A stretch of 64,000 bases of DNA, taken from Octopus sinensis. Its lineage: Eukaryota. Where the stretch lies: NCBI RefSeq assembly GCF_006345805.1, contig NC_043001.1:110236001-110300000 (forward strand). Reading direction: 5' to 3'. The position numbers and the translations under genes are program-made. Below the pieces are notes generated by a model, which saw nothing but the letters and a program-made list of their open reading frames with translations, did no database searches and was not told the origin of the DNA. Of this stretch, positions 13,895-25,889 are shown piece by piece (the first letter of the stretch is position 1; each line of letters opens with the position of its first letter).

Positions 13895-14150
13895 GTATAG
13901 TGGATGATATTCAACACCAAATCGCTAACTTCAAAATCCTAGCTGACCTCAATAGAACAATTTGGAGCATACTCTGCCTTCGTGTCAATTCCAGTTTCTC
14001 CGACATATTGATGGTTAGTGCTCCTACAACTACTGGAATAAAGGCATTCTCCTCGTTGCCCACACTCATCATTTAATAATTTATATTTCCTCATCTCTTC
14101 TAGCTCTTTGTCACCTACGCCTGCACCTCAGGTATGGCAATAATGTTACC
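13895..14150 (-). mobile_element. RLE-endonuclease non-LTR retrotransposon (R4/Dong- or NeSL-like) C-terminal remnant
   Basis: Frameshifted minus-strand translation: IAIP..GVGDKELEEMRKYKLLNDE..W..FIPVVVGAL..VLLRSARILKL, the typical RLE C-terminus. Confidence 0.75.
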
Positions 14151-14399
14151 TACGCGTGCGACCATTTAAGACCTTTTTCAGTAATTTATTTTGTTATAAC
14201 TTTATTATTAGCTTTGTGCGGTTGCTCTGGTATCATCTTGTTTTGAAACAAACCCGTTACAGGTGTGTGTACGTTGATATGCATTTTGAGTTGCTGGGAT
14301 AAACTAAGATTTTGAAAATTTTCAAACAGTTGTATTACGTCATAACAAGATGTAATAATAATAGTCGACGGCGGAGAACGCTCGAAGATTTTTTCATTT

Positions 14400-16300
14400 A
14401 CAAAAAAAAAAAAAATCTATGATGAGATCAGAGCAACATAACATGGCCTAAATGCCAAGTCGGTGAAAGCTGAAACAAATTTAACGACATAACAAAGTAA
14501 CAGAATTTTGATTAGCAGCAGTGAAAACTGCAAAACATGTAACCAAACCTGCAGCATCAACAACGACAGCAACAACAGCATCACCAACAGCAGTAACAAC
14601 AGCAACAACAAAAACATGAAGAAGAATGAGAACGAGAGCGAAGAAGAAAACTACAGCAACAACGAAATCAACCCAACAAAATCTAACCCAACAGTAAAGA
14701 AAAGAAAAAAGAAAATGTTCAAAAAACAACACCAACAGCGATGGTAACAACGTAAATGTATACGTCAAACTGTGTTGTTCTCGAGGGCAGCTAACCAGTG
14801 GGTTATGCATTCACTGCAATATTTGAAAGATAACGCCCTTCAGTATAAACAATATATTGTCAAATCAATGAGAGGACAAATTCCGGAAGACAAACAATTC
14901 ACTGGAAGTGTATCTGTCGATAATACAGATGACTGAAATATCCTATTCCAGCTGAAATAGAAACTGCCTGGAAGATATATGGCTCTAACTTCAGTTCCAC
15001 GTATATTAAAAAAAAGAAGAAAGTCTATACAGGATGGTACATGCCAGCTGTATCAGGAAGCAGGAAGCTTGAAGAAAGGCTATAATAACCAGCACCTTCC
15101 AGAGTTTTATGAATCTTCTTTAAACGGATCGGAAATTAATTCGAACGCGATTTAGGAAAGATCTGGCTTATACAAATCCAGCAAGAGTATAAACAATCTT
15201 GCAGGAACATTGGGGAAATCCATCATGCCCATCCCAGCAGAATTGGGTTTCTCGTGGAATTCCTGATAGTGGTTGCTCCAAAGAAAGTCACTCGCATTCC
15301 TCTTTTTATTCTGATTCAGAGAAAGCAAGCCAAGTCTGTGGAAACAGAGGACAAAAAAGATAATTGCTTTCTGCATGGAAATTCAGATCACCTCCAAGTG
15401 TGCGGTCTAACCCGGGAGAAAGTACGACGCCTTCCAATGTTATTACCAACTCCAATGACAGAAGACCTCATTCATACAGTTTCCCTCTCTCTCGTTACTC
15501 TTTTACTTGTTTCAGTCAGCTGACTGCGGCCATGCTGGAGCACCGCCTTTAGTCGAGCAAATCGACCGTAGGACTGATTCTTTGTAAGCCTAGTACTTAT
15601 TCTATCGGTCTCTTTTGCCGAACCGCTAAGTTACGTTGACGTAAACACACCAGCATCGGTTGTCAAGCGATGTTGGGGGGACAAACACAGACACACAAAC
15701 ATATATATACATATATACGACGGGCTTCTTTCAGTTTCTGTCTACCAAATCCACTCACAAGGCTGTGGTCGGCCCAAGGCTATAGTAGAAAACATTTGCC
15801 CAAGGTGCCACGCAGTGGGACTGAACCCGGAACCATGTGTTTGGTAAGCAAGTACTTGCCACTTAGCTACTCCTGTGCCTATTACAGAAAATACTAAATA
15901 AGTGACACTCGCCTCTTTGCTTTATCAACTCAGAAATCACGACATCAAAAATGACTGGTAAAATCACTCCAGAAGGCACTTGTTCAGGCTAAGAGGTGAA
16001 ATCAGGTGCAAACAATATGAGGTCACCATAAAGATGAAGAGGAGAACACGACAGAAAGATAGAAAAAATTTTCATAAAATCACACACCAAAATCATCATC
16101 ACCAACGTGAACATCTTCATCACAAAGACGAAACCAACGCTTAAAAGCACATTCACAACAATAACTTCACAAATAATCACCATAACAAAACAAAACAAGC
16201 ACTCGAAGAGCAACATGACCACCACTCACAATCCGGCACATATTCCCTCCTTCAACTTCACCGATGAGCAAAAGAGCAGCATCGATATGATTTCACATAT
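14400..16300 (+). pseudogene. Unidentified decayed coding-like sequence interrupted by a SINE
   Basis: Microsatellite-poor, codon-like stretches with scattered stops (polyQ/N-rich start; LFSRAANQWVMHSLQYLKDNALQY; YPIPAEIETAWKIYGSNFSSTY; Ser- and His-rich segments). No family recognised. Confidence 0.3.
15495..15880 (-). mobile_element. tRNA-derived SINE, family A
   Basis: Full-length match to the other copies. Confidence 0.92.
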
Positions 16301-16744
16301 TAGCAGAAATAAATATATTCTGACGAGTGGGAGACACAATCGGTACTTGTGCATACATATACGTTTATCTATTTGTATATTATACAGAAAATTTTTACAG
16401 TGCAAATATGATTGAGGCATATTCGAAATCGTCAGAAAGCCGTTCATTGTATTCCGTCAGAGAGAAGATTTCACACTTTTCACGTATAAGTGTAAACACA
16501 CAGAGTTATACAGCTGCCCACCCCAGCCTGAGTTGAGTGTTAAATGCATGTATTTTGGAGTGCTTATCTCCTCATCAGCAGCAGAGACCGGACAGGCTGA
16601 CGTTACGAACAAACATCAGAGTCAGGGCTCTCCTACGATTTTCCCGTCATCGTTCAATGTCTTGTTGCACTACCCAGGCGGCCTGCCGTTAGGAAGATAC
16701 TGGGTGACAGGGTTAGGCAGTGCCGTGCATAAATATAAACTTGT

Positions 16745-16844
16745 NNNNNNNNNNNNNNNNNNNNNNNNNNNNNNNNNNNNNNNNNNNNNNNNNNNNNNNN
16801 NNNNNNNNNNNNNNNNNNNNNNNNNNNNNNNNNNNNNNNNNNNN
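16745..16844. other. Assembly gap (100 N)
   Basis: Exactly 100 n characters, typical of a fixed-size scaffolding gap. Confidence 0.99.
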
Positions 16845-17244
16845 CGTTCCAAATCTTCCGCGATAGATGAAAATCTGCGGAGTAGAAACAGTACTGTACT
16901 GTATATTTTATTTTATTATTTCTATAATTTGTATATATTTATCTTATTATAAATGCAAAATGTTCTAAAATTAATAATAGTAATAACAATAGACATTCGC
17001 TACATTGTTATTATGATAGATCTGAGAGTTACAAAAAAAGTGTTGTACGTTTTTTCGGACTCTCTGCGTTTTGAGTTCAAAACCTAGGGAACTTTTCGGT
17101 AAAAATGGAAGAGAAAAAAATGTCTTATAATCCATTCGATTACAAAAGAAATTCCAATCTAACGTCAGTGCCAATGATTCGACTTATCCTCTCCTCCACA
17201 TTGCTCATTTCTGCCAAAATCATCGTCATCATGATCGGTATTAT

Positions 17245-17680
17245 CATTAAGGCAGCCTAAATCGTTAGCACACCGGACAAAATTCTCAAAGGCATTTTGT
17301 CTGTCTTTACGTTGTGAGTTCAAATTTCGCCGGAATTGATTTTATATTTGCTCTTTTCGGAGTCGATAAAATAAGTAACAGTTGAGTAATGGACTCGATG
17401 TAATCGACTTATTTCCACCTCCAAACCTGCTAGCCTTGAGCCAGTATTAGAAAACATTATCAAGGCGGCGTGCTGGTAGAATTGTTAGCACACCGGACAA
17501 AATGCTTAGCGGGATTTCGTCCGATTTTACGTACTGAGTTCCAATTCTACCGAGGGCGACTTTGCTTTTCATCCCTTTCAAGGTCGATAGACTGAGCATG
17601 CATCAGGCACGTACTGGGGACTATATAATGGACTTACCGCCAACCCCTAAAGTTTTAGGCCTTATGCCATCAATAGAAGT
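17245..17680 (+). mobile_element. Two tandem diverged SINE family C copies
   Basis: gttagcacaccggacaaaa..ctt..cgg.attt.gtc....ttacgt..tgagttcaaatt..ccg....gacttt..ttt.atcc.ttc..gtcgataaa appears twice. Confidence 0.8.
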
Positions 17681-17770
17681 GATCGTTATACATAATGTAT
17701 CTTTGGAGTATTTTATTTTAAACTCGAAAAGTCGTGTATTTTGGAGACTTAGTCGTTCTCACTTGCAGTA

Positions 17771-18175
17771 AAAACAGGCGCGCTCAGGGAGCGCAAACCT
17801 CCGACAAGGCAACACCAACGTCATCTCAACGATTGCTCAGAGATGATTTTTTAAATGAGAATATCTGAAATGAACTCCATTACTCTCACACATGAGAATA
17901 CTAAAACCGAATATGACTGCTCTCAAATTCTATGCAAAAAAAAAAAAAAAGAAAAAGAGGAAAATAATTCAGAATCCTTGTCCGGTACCAGATTGATCTC
18001 AAAATCTAATCGGTTTCCTGCTAGTCACAGGGCTAAATATCACTGATAGTTTTCACCCGAATCCAACCAGCGGTTCTTGAGATATCTGAGATATGTTGTC
18101 CCCGGACAAACAAACAAATAAACTAACAAAATAACAAACAACCACGACTGCAAAAAACAAACAAACAAGCAAAAA
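17771..18175 (-). mobile_element. Helitron/Helentron-like non-autonomous repeat (copy 1)
   Basis: Reverse complement of 25515-25830 (gatatctcaagaaccgctgg...ggtgttgccttg.cggaggtt.gcgct..ctgag.gc); (ACAA)n microsatellite at one end. Class assignment is inferred from the end structure. Confidence 0.6.
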
Positions 18176-18260
18176 AACCTCTGCAGTAACGTAAGCACAC
18201 CAACATCGGTTGTCAAGTTATGGTGAGGAGACCGACACATACACACACACACATATACAC

Positions 18261-18662
18261 TTACTCTCTTTTACACGTTTCAGTCATTTGACTGCGGCCA
18301 TGCTGGAGCACCGCCTTTAGTCGAGCAAATCGACCCGGGACTTATTCTTTGTAAGCCCAGTACTTATTCTATCGGTCTCTTTGGCCGAACCGCTAAGTGA
18401 CGGGGACGTAAACACACCAGCATCGGTTGTCAAGCAATGCTAGGGGGACAAAACACAGACACGCAAAAACACACAATACATATATATATATATACATATA
18501 TACGACAGGCTTCTTTCAGTTTCCGTCTACCAAATCCACTCACAAGGCATTGGTCGGCCCGGGGCTATAGCAGAAGACACTTGCCCAATATGCCACGCAG
18601 TGGGACTGAACCCGGAACCATGTGGTTGGATAGCAAGCTACTTACCACACAGCCACTCCTGC
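18261..18662 (-). mobile_element. tRNA-derived SINE, family A
   Basis: Full-length, low-divergence copy. Confidence 0.93.
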
Positions 18663-18725
18663 ATATGTTTATGTATTCGTTTTGCAACATTCTTGATGTG
18701 AAACCGTGTATTGAAACATATATTG

Positions 18726-19133
18726 TTGTATTTAGGAATGGTCATGTTGCCAGTTTAGCCAATAAAAACACAAGCACACGCACTATATATTTGGTGTTAA
18801 TTTGTTTCAGCTTTATTGTATTTTTTTACATTAATCGTATTTCGGCCAGAGTTCTCTCGTCACACATCTGTGAACTCATCAGTGTTCCTTTGCTTTCTCC
18901 TTTCTTACTTGTGTGTCTTTCCTTACTACCAATCAGCCATTTTGTCTGATAAGACACAATAAGAAAGGAAAAAGCAAAGGACCACTGATTGAGGTCACAG
19001 AAGTGTGACGAAAGAACTATGGCTGAAATATGATTAATGTAAAAAATAAAATGAAACTGAAGCAAATTAACACCAATTATATAGTGCGTGTGTTTTATTG
19101 ACTAAACTGGCAACATGACCATCCCCAAATACA
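18726..19133. mobile_element. Fold-back element (about 190-bp inverted arms) with a hammerhead motif in each arm
   Basis: 18726-18919 is the imperfect reverse complement of 18951-19133; hammerhead-like cores at 18844-18888 (-) and 18979-19024 (+). Confidence 0.85.
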
Positions 19134-19170
19134 AAAATACATACATACATACATACATACATACATACAT

Positions 19171-19220
<50 letters not shown>

Positions 19221-19223
<3 letters not shown>

Positions 19224-19378
19224 CGACAGACCTCCTTCAGTTTTCGCCTAAGAAATCCACTCACAAGTCTTTGTTCGGCCCGCGGCTTTAGCAGAAGACA
19301 CTTGCCCAAGGTGCCACGCAGGGGGACTGAACCAGGAAACACGAGATTGGGAAACAAGCTTCTTACCACACTGCCACA
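19221..19378 (-). mobile_element. SINE family A, 5' half
   Basis: atacgac...aaatccactcacaag...cttgcccaaggtgccacgcag...cttaccacac. Confidence 0.85.
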
Positions 19379-19814
19379 TGAATAAGATGTGTGTGTATAC
19401 CAGTGGCAGTGAGTCTAAGATATAAATATGATAACGATAAACACATAGACATCAGAAAAAGAGAAGACATTGGTAAGTATGAGAGAACCCTAGGAAGAGA
19501 GTTAAAGAATCAAAGCAAGTCTATAAAAGATTACAAAGAAAAGGGCCGGAGAGTGCAGGAATGCAGACATGGAAATGAAGAGAAATTCTTGACAAAGAAA
19601 GCAGCAGTGAAAACGAAATTCAATGTTATGGCAAAGTCCCGCATTCTTCACATACGTCCGACAGCCTGCTATCATGGAAGCAACTAGTGTCAGGAACTCC
19701 TCTGTGTTTCTCGCTTTCCTCTCTCTTCTCTCTCTCTCCCTCAGTTATTCAATTTCTCTCTCATTCATTGATTCACTCACTCACTCATTTTTTATGTGTA
19801 TCATGCCCCTCTAT

Positions 19815-19816
19815 CC

Positions 19817-19913
<97 letters not shown>

Positions 19914-20192
19914 ATCTACATGTAGATTCATCAATCTACCTGTATATCTATCTATATATCTATATATCTGTCTGTCTGTATCTACCTACCTACATACCTA
20001 TCTACCTATCTGTCTGTCTATCTACCTATCTATATATCTATCTATCTATCTATATCATAGATATATATATATATATATAGATATATATATATATATATAG
20101 ATATATTCTATCTATCTATCTATCTGTCTGTCTGTATGTCTGTATCTACCTACCTACCTACCTACCTATCTACTTATCTGTCTGTTTGTCTG

Positions 20193-20258
<66 letters not shown>
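19815..20258. repeat. (TATC)n/(TA)n/(TCTG)n compound microsatellite
   Basis: Read directly. Confidence 0.93.
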
Positions 20259-20811
20259 ACAGATTCTCTCTTAAATTCATTCACTCCTGCACTGTATACC
20301 TCCCTCTCAAAATCTAATCGAAATCGAGCATTCTCTTGCGTTTAATATGCCTGCCTGCCTGCCTGCCTGCCTGCCTGACTGCCTATATGTACGTTTGTAC
20401 GTCTGTACGTATGCGCGTATATGTCTGCCTATATTTATAAATGCATGCCTTTCTCTCGTTCGGCCTTTCTTTCTCTGAGCTTTTTACTTTTCACTCCCTG
20501 TTTCGTTACCAATGCGTGTGTGTGAGTCTTTATATGTGTGTGTGTGCGTGTGTGTGCATGTGTGTGTGTGTATGTGTGTGTGTGTGTATGCACATGTTTG
20601 TGCCTGTGCAGGTGTGATGTGTATATTCTCATTTATTCATTATATTGGGACATCCCATTTTTCACTTTCTTTCACTTCCAGAATACACACTTAAAATAAT
20701 ATGCATACATACATACATGCACATATATATACACATATATACACATATACACCAATATCGGTTGTCAAGCGATAGTGGGAGTGGGGCAAACACATAAACA
20801 CAAACTATATA

Positions 20812-20871
<60 letters not shown>

Positions 20872-21205
20872 TATATATATATGAACTTTGGAAATCTGTT
20901 TATGTTACTTAATTATCTACATTACTTCATGAGTATAGCCTCAACCACTAGTATGTCTAGAGAACTCACATGTATTTTAGCTGATGAGTACGGGACACGT
21001 TTATATGCTGCAATTTTTGCACTTTTAATAAAGCCTGTCCTTGTATGAAACGATTGTACTAAAAACCTATCCATTCTTGTTGCTTCTTTCTCGCTTATAA
21101 TCACCCCACATTACTGTATTGTTAAAACCGTATAGTTTTTTTGGTGCATCTAAGTTAGGTACCATATTCAAGTAAATTCCTTTAAATTAACTTGAATCTT
21201 TATTG

Positions 21206-21250
<45 letters not shown>

Positions 21251-21262
21251 ATCTATATATAT

Positions 21263-21300
<38 letters not shown>

Positions 21301-21307
<7 letters not shown>

Positions 21308-21465
21308 CGATGGGCTTTTTTCAGTTTTCGTCTACGAAATCGACTCGCAAGGATTTGGTCGGCCCGATACTATAGTACAAGACACTTGCCCAAGGTGCCA
21401 TGCAATGGGATTGAACACGGAACCATGTGGTTCGGCAGCAAGCCGCTTATCACACAGCCACGCCA

Positions 21466-21467
<2 letters not shown>
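21301..21467 (-). mobile_element. SINE family A, 5' half
   Basis: Same head and body as the other copies. Confidence 0.85.
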
Positions 21468-21499
<32 letters not shown>

Positions 21500-21500
21500 G

Positions 21501-21562
<62 letters not shown>

Positions 21563-21799
21563 ATATATATGTATATATAGGTATAGGACGTCACCAACTG
21601 TTCAAACAACATGAAATACGTAAACAACGATAAGCATTGGAGAACAGGACAAGTAAACACATTTCGAGCACACATACACACACACACACACATATATATA
21701 TATATGTATGTATATACATATGTATGTATATTGGTTCACGTCATGCATAACTTAATAGCACCATCTGATAGGATTAGCTAAATCCTTTTTAAGTGAAGG

Positions 21800-21975
21800 T
21801 TTGTGGTGTCATGGACCATTGGAGTAGGGAGTTCCTGTTGGGTGAGTTGTGTCCACTTATATGTGGCTTATTTGGTATTCCCTGAAGAAATTTGTCCAGA
21901 TTCCGTTTAAAGGTGATGGGATCCTTTTTCTCTTTGATCTGTTTCTGGACAATGTTAAATGGGGTAGAGCGAGGA
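21800..21975 (-). mobile_element. 3' end of an APE-type LINE ORF2 (CR1/L2-group-like)
   Basis: Minus-strand PFNIVQKQIKEKKDPITFKRNLDKFLQGIPNKPHISGHNSPNRNSLLQW resembles the 'LFN.LP..I......FK..LD.FL..IPD.P...GY....NSL' LINE C-terminus. Confidence 0.6.
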
Positions 21976-22003
21976 CATACACAAATCATACCTACATACA
22001 TAC

Positions 22004-22035
<32 letters not shown>

Positions 22036-22437
22036 CGTTGTGCAGGGGGCACATTCTGCCTTCGGTGTTAGGATTCGTTTTTATGATTTGTTTCGTGTAG
22101 CAAGGGTCAGTACCTCTGTTTCTGCTTATAAGCCGGAGCTTTTGCACCATGGCTGACATTCTCTTTCATTTATTTCTTTCCCCATCGAGTCGTGCTGAAT
22201 ACCGAAAATAAAGTTGTCTCCATTTCTTTTTGACTCTGTTTTGTAAATTTGCTTGCATATATATTTTTTTGGCATGTTTTAACATTGTTTTGGTCTTGTT
22301 GTTATCGAAATTTTCAGTATCTACTTTGTAATGTTATCTCCTTCTCGAGAATAAAGTTGTTTTATTACATTTATAATACTTGTATTCTTTGTTTGTGATT
22401 GTTCGGGGCCCAACTTTTATTTTGGCTTTTGTTGTCG

Positions 22438-22491
<54 letters not shown>

Positions 22492-22529
22492 TTTGCTGCT
22501 CCTAAAATTATTACTATTGCTATATGTAT

Positions 22530-25506
22530 ATTTTAAAAGGATTGACGTGACTCCTTACAAAGGTAAATAGACAATATTATGAAGATTGTTATGCCATTGC
22601 AAAAGATATTTCATTGGTTTGAACGATGCGATATTTCGACAGTTTACCTGTCTTTGTCGAGTTCAAAAACGTAATACCTATGTATAACTCTTCATTTTGA
22701 ACTCGACAATGACAGGCAAGCTTCCGAAATATCACATCGTTCAAACCAATAAAACATTCATTGCAATCACATCACGCTTTTCGTAACGTCTATTTACCTT
22801 TGTGAGGAGTTATGTCAATCCTTTTAAAATAACAAAACAAGTAGATTGAGATGGTTGATTTTATGTTAAACCGATGAATTGGAATATTTAGGAATTCTAA
22901 AGATTACTCAAACAGTCGGGTGTCTGAGGAAAATCGTATTTATAAGTTACAGCTTTTGCGTTTTATACTTTCTTACAGTTGGTTTGTCAGCCCTGTTAGT
23001 TTCACTAGACACCAGTGTTGAGCCCAATCCTGGGCCACTGGATTCTGTAGCATGCAAATACGAATCACAATAGAAGAAACCAACATTTCTATTCGTTAAA
23101 CAGCTTAATCGTTTCCGTGCTAAAATCCAAAGCGTTTTATCATTTCTGGATATATGCAGTCTAGAATAGATTATAACTGAAGGTCTTACATTAAATATAA
23201 TAATATGTGATTCATTATTTCAAGATTATAAATTGATTAGTGAGAGCAATTAATTTCAAGTAATGGAAGATCTTATTGAACAACATCATTCAAAATTAAT
23301 ATTGCTTGGTGCAGGCATTAAGGAGAATTTGGGTGTCCTTGTACAGGTATGTTCTAAAAATCGCTTCAGCTAACTGTGTAATTGTTTGATGAACATTGCA
23401 AAAAGAAAATTTCGTCCCTGAAGACAAATCGGGAAAAGAAACTGAAAAGGCTGGTTTCTCATTCCTCTGAGCCAATAGGCAAGGGAACATTTTGGTTGAG
23501 AACATTTGCTTTGAAATATGAGGAGAAATCGTTTTTACTTTCGGGACAAATGTTATGCGACAAACTTATTCATGCCGGGCTGAAAATCATAGCGGAAAAT
23601 TTTCCTGAAATTCCAATACAACCAACCGAAAGCAAAGGTTTTTCAAATGCCAACAAAAACCACAGAAGTCACTCACTTTCTATCAACCACCCAGAAATGG
23701 ATTACTCCTAGAAAGACGACTAAAAATTATAACTTCTCACACGAACATTCAGAACAATTTTATCACCCAATAGGTTCCATGTTTTAGTGAAGAATTCGAG
23801 CAAAACTCAAAGGGTAGTCAGGAATCTAATTAAAGTATAACTGGAAAGCACTGGCTCAAGAAAATCCATCACACTAGAGAATAAGGTGATCATAAATTTA
23901 TCAAAGTAAAAAGGACTGAGTTTTTGCCCGAGCACTAAGAATTTCGACGAAAATAATCTAGCTCAGGGGCTATTTCCGTTTGTCCGCCGTCACGAGCTGA
24001 AGGAATACTTTTTGGAAAAAGTGATAATGAGGTGTCACAAAACCCTATGCTTACTGAAAATTGAAATTATGATGATCGATTCTGGTATAATTGGATTGAA
24101 AAAAATCCCAACTGGTATCGAGATAAAGTTCGGGATGGACGTTCACAAGCACCTCAAAATTTCTCAGAGTTACGCACTCCACAGTCTAGCTAATGATAAT
24201 TCTATTGTTATTAAAATGGCGGATAAGGGATGCGCTATTGTAATTGTGGACAACAGTGAGTATATTTCGGGTTGTGAAGACGTTTTAACAGACAAAACTT
24301 CATATGAAGAAGTACTTGTCAATCCAAGAAAGGAACTTGGCAATTGATTCCTGAAATGGAGGAAGCAATTTCATTACTAAGGCTGAATCCAGGATTTTAC
24401 GGTCAGGAAAAAAAAAACACTTGTATTATATGATCTCCCCAAACAACACAAATTGCTTGAAAGACTTCCTCCACTGCACCCACTAAGTTTAGCAAGGAAA
24501 GTCAAATTTTCACGCATAATTTTAACAAAAAAATTGAAATATGTGACAGTATTCCTTTAGTGATTAACTGGCTCCGTAATTTCGCTAGCATTTCAAAAGT
24601 ATTAAATGAAAATTGCCTGCAAGTTGCGGAAAAATAACCTTGTTTCAAACAAATATTTCTTCAGCCGCCTATTGTAGCATTTAGAAGGAATAAAAATATA
24701 AGAGAACTATTAATCTCTACTTCTGTCTCCAAGAAAAATAACATTGGAGTCTCTGCACGAAGTAGCTTGAAAAACAACCGCATGAGAGGTAAACCCTCTA
24801 CATTGTGCAGCAAGACGAGTCGAGTGGATTCCATCAGGAATCATAACAGAAATGTTATGATTTATTCGGAAGGTGGGACGTGTGAAGGTCTCCATTTGGT
24901 GTACGCAGTAGAATGCACGAAATACAACGTCAGTTAATTTGGCGGTACAACAGAGCAATTAAACAAAATATTCAATGGGCACAGATATATCGCCAGACAC
25001 AATAACAGTATTTCAGCAGAACTTGCCGAACATTTTACATCAAACGTTTTGCAGTTTTGAAAAAAAACTTGAAAGTGCATATTCTCTGAAAATATTCTGA
25101 ATCAGCTACACTTTCAGTCTTCAAAATGCATGAGAAATGTTTGTGAGTTATTAACGTTACACCCTGAAGGAATGAATACAATGTCAGGGGAATTTCATCA
25201 TATTTTCACAAAACTGTTTGATTAGATATTCTCCTTCTTTTTTCTTTTCTTTTTTTCTTCTCTTTTTCTTTTTTGTGTGTTCTTTCTTTGCATTTTTGCC
25301 GGTTGTAAAATTGAAAATTGAAGATTGATGATATCATTCCGTGGGAACGCAAGATGTCCGCGTTCGAAAACTTTTGAATCTCTATATATGATTTGAAATT
25401 TTGAGCTCGGCAAAGACAAGCAAGCTGTCGAAATATCATATCGTTCAAACGAATAAAATATCTATTGCGATCGCATCATGCTCTTCGAATTATTTATGAC
25501 TATTTC
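22530..25506 (+). mobile_element. Decayed Penelope-like retroelement (RT + GIY-YIG) with inverted 5' pLTR pair and 3' direct pLTR
   Basis: Motifs by manual translation: FLDIC..IITEGL; KVIINLS; KGLSFCP..FVRRHELKEYF; SIVIKMADKGCAIVIVD; LPKQHK..PPLHP; FLQPPIVAFRRNKNI; TCEGLHLVYAVEC...FGGT..LNKIFNGHR; AEHF; LTLHPEGMN. Many stops and frameshifts. 22530-22830 is a palindrome whose right arm recurs at 25399-25506. Confidence 0.9.
22879..25225 (+). pseudogene. Disrupted PLE ORF (N-terminal domain, RT flanks, GIY-YIG endonuclease); RT catalytic core deleted
   Basis: The LPK.HK..P motif (~24435-24490) is followed almost directly by the post-RT 'IPLV...F..PPIVAFRR' region (~24550-24700); no YxDD-like segment found. 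Confidence 0.8.
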
Positions 25507-25514
25507 TATTACTA

Positions 25515-25829
25515 TCATTAAAACTGGACAAGATATCTCAAGAACCGCTGGATGAATTCGGGTGAAACTTTCAGGGATGTTTGACCTCGTGACTGAAATG
25601 AACTGGTTAGATTTTTGAATCGATTCGGTGCCGGAAAATGATGCTGGATTATTTTTCCCATTTATTTAATTTAATTTTGAGAGCAGTCGGGTTCATTTTT
25701 AACTTTTTCGTTTGTGAGAGCAGTCGAGTTTATTTCAGATATTATCATTTTGAAAATTATCTCTGGCTAATCGTTGAGAGGACATTGGTGTTGCCTTGGT
25801 GAAGGTTAGCGCTTTCTGAGTGCTCTTGA

Positions 25830-25830
<1 letters not shown>
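25515..25830 (+). mobile_element. Helitron/Helentron-like non-autonomous repeat (copy 2)
   Basis: Inverted homolog of 17771-18175; lies at the truncated end of the PLE 3' pLTR. Confidence 0.6.
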
Positions 25831-25865
<35 letters not shown>

Positions 25866-25889
25866 CATTATTATTATTATGATTATTAT

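Noticed and set aside
16545-16580. Minus-strand CTGATGA-GGAG(7)CTCC-AAAA hammerhead look-alike
   Set aside because: G12 is missing and no stem I or stem III pairing was found.
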